Assembly (NCBI RefSeq): GCF_006345805.1
Contig: NC_043001.1
Coordinates: forward strand, 69,750,001-69,814,000
DNA from: Octopus sinensis
Lineage: Eukaryota
Reading direction: 5' to 3'
DNA length: 64,000 nt
Shown here: piece after piece, positions 54,326 to 64,000 of the stretch
How the letters are laid out: each line of letters opens with the position of its first letter
How positions within the stretch are numbered: position 1 is the stretch's first letter
Translations under genes and position numbers: made by a program
Notes under the pieces: model-generated
The model's database searches: none
What the model saw: the letters and a program-made list of their open reading frames with translations, nothing else
What the model was told of the DNA's origin: nothing

Positions 54326-55499
54326 TATATATATATATATATATATAAACATATATATATATATATATATGCATATATATATACATATATATCTATATGT
54401 GCATATCTAACTATCTTTCCTTCCCTCCCTTTCTCTATATTTGTGTGTGTATGTGTACATATTATTTTAATGTGAAGTTTCTTCGTGCACGGACACATAT
54501 ATTCATAGATATATGCATTCATATATAATATAATCGCAACAATAATGAAGAAAAATAATCGTTGAACTTTCGAAATAATGAAATGAATTTTATATTGTAT
54601 TCAATCAATCATTTTGTTTTATCCATTGCAAAATAATTTAGCTAATAACTTAGCTGAAAGCTTTGCTTTAATTGCACAATCTTAATAGTAGGACACTAAA
54701 ACTTAGTTGAATAATTAGAAAAAAAATGCGAAATCAATGTCTCCGGGAGGAATACAATGCGAAAAGTTGATTACAGTTGTTTTCTTTGCAACTCTTAAAG
54801 AAATCGTTACACATAAACAAACATATGGAATAATATTGTTGAGAATTGTGAAGTCGGTTAGCAACTTCATCATTTACGTCTATGTTTACATGTGCTTACA
54901 GACACACACATACATATAGTTTAGATGATGCACACACACAAGACTTTTGGTCTTTGAGTCAGTCTGTTACATCTGCTGTGTGTGTGTATATATATATACA
55001 TACGTACACATAATATATATATATATACATAAATATATATATAATAGATATTGTTATATTCGTGGATGGTCATGTCTCCAGTTTAGCCAATGAAAACACA
55101 CGCACTGTATATTTATGTTCAATTGCTTCAGCTTTATTTTATATTAATTGTATGTCAGTCGGAGTTCTTTCGTCACACTGCCGTGACCTCATCTTCGCTT
55201 CCTTCTTTCTTTTTTGTGTTTCTCCTTACTAACGATTTGCCATTTTGTACTCCTATTGTATATGTCTTTATTTGCACATGCGTATATCCCTATGTGTGCC
55301 TATGCTTAGTAAGTGAGTGTGTGGAGGGATGTGCTTGCATTATCAGTATCCCTTGTTTATGCACGTTCGTTTAATTTATTTTTATTTGTTTTATTTATCT
55401 GTTTATATCTTGTTACATTTTCTTTTCTTTCTTTTTTGTATTAATTTAATTTAACTTAATTTATTTTGTTTATTTATATAGAAGTTACAATCTTGTCCA

Positions 55500-56530
55500 C
55501 ACATAGAACAGACGCAATGCTTAGACAAATTACGGAAGCTACACACATAATAGAAGATATACCTAGCCTGAATAGAAAACTAGAATGGGACACTAACACA
55601 AACTCCCAACACATCACAACCTATGACAGAATAAGATACCCATAAGCTTATAATAATATGAATATAACACAATACACAGATAAAGAAATGAAATTAAATG
55701 TTATATGTACAACATATCGTCCACAAGATGCTCTAAATCACACAGTTTGAAGACTGCCTCACAAAGACAGAAGTTCTCACCAAACTGGAGCAACACATCA
55801 CTTTATTCCTTTTGAATGACCTTAACATCCCCAACATTGGATGGCCCGAGGGCCTAGTACACTGCCAACAAAAACAGGTAGAATTCTTACTCCACCTTAC
55901 CCATGCTTCATTCATGGAGCAAATTTTGCTGCAACCAGCCCGGGCAAATAATCTACTGGATCTCTGCTTCATGTACAATATGGTCATCAATCATAATGTG
56001 AAAGTATCACCAATACAAGTCTCGGATCAAAACATAATACAGCTGTCTATGTATGGATCAAATGCCCCTACAGACATACAACCTAAACAAAGCACTCGAA
56101 ATCACTCGAGTCTGAACTTTCATAAAGCTAACTGGAAGTCGATTGAGAAAGAGATCTTCAAACAGGATTGGCATAAGTATCCATCCACACCAGACAAGCT
56201 CCCATGCAAATTAAAGGCGGCAATAGTATGCACTATTCACAAAGGAGGAAACAGAGCAGATGCTAGAAATTTTAAGCCTCTGACCTCACGCATCAGCAAA
56301 ATCATGGATCGAAAATTCCGCAGGAAACACTTATTGCGTTCCTTGAAGACAATTACTTGCTGACTGACACTCTACAGGGTTTTTCGACCAGATAGAAGCT
56401 GCCTGACACACCTTTTACAACATAACGCCTGGGTGTTAAAGCAGCTGCTCAACAACTCGAATGTAGAATGTGATATATTTTTATTTTCCAAATACTTTTG
56501 ATAAAGTCGACCATGGCATGATATGTTACA
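55500..56530 (+). mobile_element. CR1/L2-group LINE ORF2 remnant (APE endonuclease joined to RT by an internal deletion)
   Basis: Endonuclease motifs YRP, LNDLNIPNIGW, QPARANNLLDLCF, SDQNII and LNFHKANW are followed directly by AIVCTIHKGGNRADARNFKPLTS.ISKIMD, FRPDRSCLTHLL and FPNTFDKVDH. Confidence 0.88.
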
Positions 56531-56729
56531 TTTTCTATACAAAAATGTTTTTTCAACCGAATATTTACATAGTATTATATCTCTATGCGTTTGCTTCGAA
56601 TTATATTATTCCAAAAATGATATATTATTTTAAAAATCAATTATATATGTGTGTATGTGTATATTTGTGAATTTTGTGTATGTTGTGTGTGTGTGTGTTT
56701 GCGCGCGTCTATGTGTATATGTGTATATT

Positions 56730-57170
56730 AATCCAAAATGGAACAAGGACGCAACAGACGACAATAAATCATCCTGACGGATAGACGATTCAAGGATGAA
56801 CGGGAAAAATCAAGGATGGGTTATTCACAGTCTTCTTTCATCAGTCAAGTTTCCAAATCATCCTTACAGTTTCGGCTGGTTACACTTGAGACTGCTCAAA
56901 TATGACTCGGCCCAAAAATCTAAGCTAAGAGTATTACATTTTGGGGGAGAAAGCTAGCAAATATGTAGGACAACAAATACAAAATAAAAACGGAGATGTT
57001 ATACAATTAAAAATACAAGCAACAAGAAATTAACAGGTGTCTTTCGACTAATAAAGACAAATGAAATTCAGCTGGTGTGTGTAGAGTTAAAGCCTTGAGA
57101 CTGGAACATAGAAGATGAGCATAAGAGATGAAAGGCATGAGACAGGAATATAAGAGAGAGAAAGATAAAT
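56730..57170. mobile_element. Unclassified interspersed repeat, homologous to 25480-25885
   Basis: Shares ordered sequence blocks with the 25.5-kb copy. Confidence 0.65.
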
Positions 57171-57194
57171 TATTTATATGTGTGTGTGTGTGTG

Positions 57195-57415
57195 TATTTA
57201 TGTGTGTATGTTTTTGTGTTTGTGTTTGTACCCCCACCTAATCATTTGACAAACGATGTTGGCGTGTTTACGTTCCTGTAACTAAGTGGTTCAGCAAAAA
57301 AAGACCGATAGAATAAATAATAGGTCGTGGGGTCGATTTCTTCGACTAAAACCCTTTAATTCGGTGCTCCAGCATGGCCGCAATTAAATGACTGAAACAA
57401 GTAAAAGAATAAAAG
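57195..57415 (+). mobile_element. SINE family A, 3' half
   Basis: Contains TTGACAAACGATGTTGGCGTGTTTACG...GGTGCTCCAGCATGGCCGCAATTAAATGACTGAAACAAGTAAAAGA. Confidence 0.85.
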
Positions 57416-57448
57416 ATTACATGCCCGCATACTTATATACATACCTAT

Positions 57449-57674
57449 TTCTTTATTACCCACAAGGGGCTAAACACAGAGAGGACAAACAAGGACAGAC
57501 ATAGGTATTAAGTCGATTACATCGACACCAGTGCGTAACTGGTACTTAATTTATCGACCCCGAAAAGATGAAAGGCAAAGTCGACCTCCGCGGAATTTGA
57601 ACTCACAACGTAACTCAGACGAAACACCGCTAAGCATTTCGCCCGGCGTGCTAACGTTTCAGCCAGCTCGCTGC
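57449..57674 (-). mobile_element. Full-length SINE family B (Meta-SINE-like), young copy
   Basis: Minus strand reads GCGAGCTGGCTGAAACGTTAGC...GAGTTCAAATTCC (B box) GCGGAGGTCGACTTTGCCTTTCATCTTTTCGGGGTCGATAAATTAAGTACC. The 15-bp TSD TATATACATACCTAT lies at 57434-57448 and 57675-57689. Confidence 0.9.
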
Positions 57675-59420
57675 TATATACATACCTATCTAACAGCCCA
57701 CATACATACACACACACATACATACATACATAATCTGTTTTGTATAAGTTATTAAATATTTAGTCAAGTAAATTGTACTGATTATCAATTCAGTTTAATA
57801 TTAAATTGCCGTTATATATAACTTCAAATAAAAGCAAACACTTACACGCAATGCCTGCGCACACTATACACACATAAAATCAGATTCAGACACACGCACA
57901 CAAACACACATGCATATAAACACACTTTCTTTTATGCATTTGTTACTTCTAGCCTAAGGTATGTGACATTAATGTAATACCAGGTATGCAAATGTTACTC
58001 TTTGTACAATACTTAGGTTTGTTTTTTTTTAATGAAGGAGTATGATTTTCGTGCCTTGTTCTTTGTTCTTTTATTGTAGATAGTAGAGTAATCTGGTGCT
58101 TCTTCAAAACATTTAAACCCTCTCCTTCATTAAATATATTCCAGCTATGGACAATCTAGCATTTTATTTCAAAGCAGTGTTATTCACAAACTACCATTTG
58201 CAATCTTTCCTTGGCAAATTTTAAGACGGTTTTCTTAAGATATTTTTACATCTAATTATATAATGCCATGCTATCATGCAGGAACCTTTAAGCCTCCCTA
58301 TGATATCCTTGTTCACTTCATACTTGTAGATGTATAGTCTTCGCGCGAATTTATATATACAATGACAGGCACATAAGCCTATCCATCAGATACAACTCAT
58401 TTTAATCTTCTTGAAAATTAGTTTATAATACTAGTTAAGGGACGAGAAAAATACGGCAGTGCATTCAGATAATTTTGTTATTCAGGAAGAATATGCCGCT
58501 TCTACAGTACCTTCGAAATGAAACACTTGCGGCAAGCCTAAAAACTGTGAAAACTAACGCACACCACACAGGAATTCATAGTCAGACATATACATACGAA
58601 TACTTATCTTTTCTTATGGTGGTTGGTTTTGAATTTATATTTGTTCGTGATAAAATCTGAGTCATCTGATAGGGGATAAAATACAAACTCAATGAGCTGA
58701 TCGAATTACAGATAGCAATATATATATACATACATACATACATACATACATACATACATACATACATACATACATACATGCATATGTATATATATATAAT
58801 ATATATATATATACGTATTTATGTGTATATATTTCGAGAGAGTGGAAGATGGATAATGGAGTGCGATAGACAAAAGCTGACATCAGAACACTACACAGTG
58901 TTACCTCATAACCTTGATCGAATACTGATAAAACTGACGTTTTTCCATTACAAAGATTGTATCAGTTGCTACCCACACATACAGTCTTTATGTACACATA
59001 AAATAAAGGGAAAATACTTTAACAACAACAATTACGTTTACTGTTAATCACAGAGGGATTCATAATGGTTTTTGTATTTCAAATGGAACCTCAAATCAAT
59101 TTAATGTGAATCCAAAATTTGCCTTATCTTTCACCTTCAAAAGTTAATCGCTTTTTCACGATATGATAAAGCATTTGCTCTTCTCTCAGTTTTATTGCTG
59201 TCTACAGTTTTATAATGTTAGTTTAGTAAAAAATACATTACTATGAACAGCATAAATGCATTATTATTAAGAGTGGAAGATGTTGTGTGTGTGGGTATGT
59301 GTCGATGTGTATATATGTGTGTGTGTGTGTCTGTCTGTCTGTGTGGGGGTGTGCGTGTGTGTGTATGTGTGTGTAAATATATACATAGAGATATGAAGAG
59401 AGAGAAAGATAATGAGAGAG

Positions 59421-59455
<35 letters not shown>

Positions 59456-60356
59456 GATAGATAGACAAATAAACTATATCATTAAGCACCCTAACACCAG
59501 TCTCAATACTCTTGTCATTGAACTTAGCCTAGAGACTGCGAACAACATGTTTCAACTTCCCCTCTCTTTTTATAGAAAACTCATAGCTTCCAAACATGTT
59601 ATTCATAGGAACTCAGCTTTATCATTCAATAATGAGATAAACAAGGGATTTAGTTAGGATAATGTACGACGTATTCCTCCGGTGCAAACCCTATGAAATA
59701 CAAGGGCATACACATGCAGTTCCGTCTGCAATCAGAGAGATAGAGTCAAAGTGTACAGCGGGGAGGCGGGGATAGGAAGAAGTTGAATGATATCATAAGT
59801 AGGGACACAAGTGGTATCTGCTGTAGTTAAAATTAACAGTAAGATCAGGGATGTAGACTACCAGATAAAATGTATAGAGCCTTATTTAAGATCCGGAATG
59901 TGACAGACAATGGAGATACTTCTCGGAGTTTAGCTGAAAGGCTAAATGTGGCACGGGCGGAAGTATTAGGACGGGAAACAGTTGCCAATACTCCATCAAC
60001 ATGACAGACATCATTATAGCGGCATGCTGCATCAAATTAGTCATCCAATCTTGACAAAAACACCCAAGAAACTCATCGTCAACACAGATGCGTAAGTCTG
60101 TCATCGTAAATTAGACAGTGGCGATACTAAATAGAAAACAAACATAGTAAATATTAGAACATTACTGCTACAACCTACGCAAGATATGCACAATGTACGC
60201 GTGTGTACGTCCGTGTAGATGAACGGACAAGTGTGGGTATAGGTAGTTATATATAGGGTAGTAAAGGGCAAGCAGGATACACAGAAATCCATAAACATAA
60301 ATAAATGTAATTATGAATAACTTCAGTACGCAAACATATATATATATATATATATA

Positions 60357-60639
60357 TCACAGTGATCACCGTGACCGACCAGGCTATCAGATGTTGCTAC
60401 ACATCGCTGGTTACAATGCGCTTCGCATTGTTTTAGCCTCCAAATGACGCCACCCCGCTAGCTAAGCGAGCAGGCCAACAGAAGAAAGAGTCAGAGAAAG
60501 TTGTGGTGATACAGCAGTGATCACCACCGTCCGCTGCCGGAGCTTCGTAGAGCTTTAGGTGTTTTCGCTCAAGAAACACTCAAAACGCCCGGTCTGGGAA
60601 TCGAAACCGTGATCCTACAACCACTGGGCCATTGCGCTT

Positions 60640-60642
<3 letters not shown>
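60357..60642 (-). mobile_element. SINE family C2 (same head as C1, different tail)
   Basis: Head GCGCAATGGCCCAGTGGTT..GGTTTCGATTCCCAGACCGGGCG is as in 36589-36974, followed by the tail GGCCTGCTCGCTTAGC...CTGGTCGGTCACGGTGATCAC. Confidence 0.88.
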
Positions 60643-60691
<49 letters not shown>

Positions 60692-60704
60692 ACAAACACA
60701 CACA

Positions 60705-60772
<68 letters not shown>

Positions 60773-60790
60773 ATGTATATATACAAGCAC
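60641..60790. repeat. (CA)n/(TA)n microsatellite
   Basis: Directly visible. Confidence 0.95.
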
Positions 60791-61084
60791 ACATGTTTAC
60801 ACACGAACACATTAGTGGACGCACAATGCGGGAACACACGCAAACATCCACGCAGACACTTCCCTATTTAAAAAATAGCGGGCTACATGAGACACGTCAC
60901 ACGTGCACACCACACACACACACACACACACATACACGGAAACACATGCGCATAAGAATGAAAACGCACAAACATACACACATCCTAGTCAAAAAACAAA
61001 CGATTAACCCATTCACAGACATGCATATGCGCACACACTCATAGCAGAACCCAAGCATATTAGTAAACACTCACACATCGGCAG

Positions 61085-61392
61085 TTACATATTCATGGAC
61101 ACTCTATGATGAAATCCGTTGGAGGATAACCCGAGAACAAAGAAAAGACCTCAATAAAATGTAGGCACAACAGACCTGATATAATGATTTGGGATGGAGA
61201 AGAAACACTTTTAGGGAAATTAGATGTCCATAAAGCTGAAATCAGAGTAAAAAGAGAATGCCTATGCTGAACTATTAAAAAATCTGCAGTTACTCTATCC
61301 AAATTACAAGTTCAGCTTTATACCTGTAATTATTGTGGTTCTGGGGTATGTAACACACTGCCTAAATACCAATCTTGAAGAATTAGGCATGG
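61085..61392 (+). mobile_element. R4/Dong-like (RLE) non-LTR retrotransposon C-terminal remnant
   Basis: Fragments TLYDEIR, KTSIKCRHNRPDIMIWD and, after a frameshift, KENAYAELLKNLQLLYPNYKFSFIPVIIVVLGYVTHCLNTNLEELG carry the RPD...KxxxY...PVIIGxLG signature of the restriction-like endonuclease. Confidence 0.8.
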
Positions 61393-61603
61393 TGAGAAGG
61401 TGTGGATGATGACGAAGAAAAGGAAAAGAGAAATAGGAAAAAAGAAGGAGTGTAGAAATGGAACAGAAGATAGGGAAGACGTGTTAAAGCGGAAGAGTCA
61501 CAGTGAAATTGTAATCATTCACAATCAAGGTGTAGAAATGGCGTACTCCGAATGAATAGGGTAATGTAATCCGATGGTAATAAGAATTCCTCGAATGTAT
61601 GTA

Positions 61604-61676
<73 letters not shown>

Positions 61677-61779
61677 GCCTACCTACCTATCTATCTATCT
61701 ATCTATCTATCTATTTATCTAGCTATCTATCTATCTATCTATCTATCTATCTCTATATATATCTATATCTATCTATCTA

Positions 61780-61811
<32 letters not shown>
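61604..61811. repeat. (CTAT)n/(TA)n microsatellite
   Basis: Directly visible. Confidence 0.95.
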
Positions 61812-61815
<4 letters not shown>

Positions 61816-61930
61816 CCTGCTCGCTTAGCCAGTGGGGTGGCGTCATTCGAAGGCTAAAACAATGCGAACGCATTGTGACCAGCGATGTGTAACAACATCT
61901 GACGGTCTGGTCGGTCACGTGATCACGTGA
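61812..61930 (+). mobile_element. SINE family C2 tail fragment
   Basis: Reads TTGGCCTGCTCGCTTAGCCAGTGGGGTGGCGTCATT...GGTCGGTCACGTGATCACGTGA. Confidence 0.85.
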
Positions 61931-61977
61931 TATATATATATATATATTATATATATATAATTTATATATATATATAT

Positions 61978-62285
61978 AAATTCGGTATAAAATCATGTTA
62001 TAAAATGATCTTATAAAATCGAAGAAAACCTTAAATGAAGAATAGGTTATCTTCGATTTTATAAGAAGATGACATTATACCGAATTTTGTTCATTGCATG
62101 CAACAGGTCATTGGAAAGACCGTTAGTCAAAAGGACAAAATCGTTTTCAAATGTGTATCTATTAAACTAATTTGTATATGTTTGCTGATAACCTTATTTT
62201 TGTTCCATTCTAAACAAAACTGTCCGACGAACGGGAACGTGAAACTCTGAGTAACCGTTCTTGTGATATTGTTTGTGCTTTTTAG

Positions 62286-62288
<3 letters not shown>
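61978..62288 (+). mobile_element. Hammerhead-bearing element of the 24.5-kb family, with a 5' hairpin
   Basis: A hairpin at 61978-62087 is followed by GTTCCATTCTAAACAAAACTGT CCGACGA acg-ggaa-cgt GAAA CTCTGAG TA accgtt (62202-62260), homologous to 24522-24582. It is flanked by (TA)n. Confidence 0.7.
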
Positions 62289-62364
<76 letters not shown>

Positions 62365-63197
62365 TTGTATATATGTATATATACAAATATAAGGACAAGT
62401 AAGGTTAATATACTAAATTAAATAAAATAATAAAATTATTAGTTAATAGGAAGATTAAGGGAAAGTAATTATGCTAAAATGAGCTTCCATAGATTCGGAT
62501 AGAAGAAGACAAAAACTGGACGTGGATAACACAGCAAAAATATACGATGAAATATTAGGTGAAAATTCGAATGGAAAAAAAAAAGATTTAAGATAATTAA
62601 TGAATAAGATTAATATTATATGTACTATTTATATGCTAATTATACAAATCTATGTATTCACATGTAATAATTATCCTGCAAAAACATGTACACACACTTA
62701 TATTCGTATATATAAAAATATATATAAGAACATACAGACATACGCACATATATACATACTTATGCACACATATATACCTACACAAATATCGAACATAGAC
62801 GAAAAACAAAGTGAATTTCTATACCCACATTTATGGGTAAGTTTCAGGGTTAACAGACGCAGTCACATCTTCTTGCCAGAGCTAACCTATTGCAATCCCT
62901 CAGGGACAACCTTGTATCCCACCTAGTCTTAAATCCAAAACTATAGCAGTTACAAATGGAATATTTAGAGAGTGTCTATTAAATAAATATATAATAAATG
63001 TGTCTTTCACACTCATTTTTATCTGTCTGTTAGTTCACTCATTTGGAGTGAACAAGTTTACACAGATGATGTGCAATTATAGAAATGAGGAACATGAACC
63101 ATACTCTTTCTTTGTCTGCTTATCGTTAATATCATTATCAACACTATCATCGTTATATGTAGCAACATCATTTCTTCATAAACTTAATCTTTATCCT

Positions 63198-63372
63198 CAC
63201 CATGACCATTATCACAACCACCACCACACTTACCACCACTCCTACCGCCACCAGCACCAACACCACCACAACCACCGCCACCATCACCACCAGCATCACC
63301 ACAAAATCATCATCATCATCTTTATCACAACTATCGTCACCACCACCACCATCTCCACTACCATCACCGTCA
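63198..63372. repeat. (CAC)n/(CAT)n degenerate trinucleotide repeat
   Basis: Directly visible. Confidence 0.9.
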
Positions 63373-63684
63373 TTCAAAATGTTGATATATAAATAACCGT
63401 ATCCGAAATGAATACTAATAAAAATATCACCGATAATTACTATGTAATTATAAATGCCAAACTAATTTCTATTATGCTAATTAGAATACCTCCCAATGGG
63501 GTAGAACCATAAATAGAAAAATTCGGTGTATATTCAATCGATTATTTTCAAGTAAGAAGTAATTCATTTATAAACCAAAATCAAGGTAAATGATATTGTA
63601 ACTAGGCGATATTTGAACTCGAAAATATTAACTGAAGTATCTAAATAACACTTTATAAAGTTTGAAGCGCAGGGGACTTTTCTT

Positions 63685-63862
63685 TCTCCTCTTCCTCTGC
63701 CACCTCCACCTCTTCCTCCTCCACCTCCTCTTCTCCTTCCTCCTACTCCTACTTCTGCTCCTCCTGCTCCTCCTCCTGCTCCTCCTCCTCCTTCTACTCC
63801 TCCTACTACTACTACTGATAATAATAACAAATATTATTATTATTGTTATTATTATTTTATTG
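63685..63862. repeat. (CCT)n/(CTA)n/(ATT)n compound trinucleotide repeat
   Basis: Directly visible. Confidence 0.9.
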
Positions 63863-64000
63863 CATGCCATCAAAGCGACACTGGGGTAAAATATACGAAG
63901 CCCAGTATACCCATCATGACTCCCCGTCTGATAAGGTCACACCAGGCACATGCATCACAACCATATGTGCACGACTTGGTGATCTCATATCAAGATTAAC

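Noticed and set aside
59890-60100. Possible exon or Gypsy RNase H fragment (KLIVNTDA)
   Set aside because: The frame closes early, the acceptor is poor, and only one short motif matches.
63881-64000. Start of another interspersed repeat at the window edge
   Set aside because: There is no second copy or diagnostic motif within the window.

Overview
This is AT-rich, microsatellite-dense animal genomic DNA. I could not support any host protein-coding exon, so the window is probably intergenic or intronic. The tRNA-derived SINE families resemble those of octopus, so a cephalopod source is inferred from recall, not from a search. Nearly all ORFs in the track are translations of (TA)n, (CA)n, (TATG)n or (GATA)n repeats. 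The supported content is mobile DNA. It includes two full-length, closely related D,D34D mariners in opposite orientation (11402-12692 +, 46888-48169 -), a Tc1 remnant, a pogo/Tigger-like end, several MITEs and a Helitron-like 3' end. There are also remnants of Penelope-like (GIY-YIG), CR1-like, R4/Dong-like and RTE-like retroelements, and many SINE copies from at least three families. The most notable unannotated signal is a set of minimal type I hammerhead ribozyme motifs in small, often fold-back elements embedded in (TA)n arrays. They cluster at 24-28 kb and include a perfect 166-bp inverted repeat carrying the same ribozyme on both strands. All structures were read by eye; no alignment, folding or database search was run.
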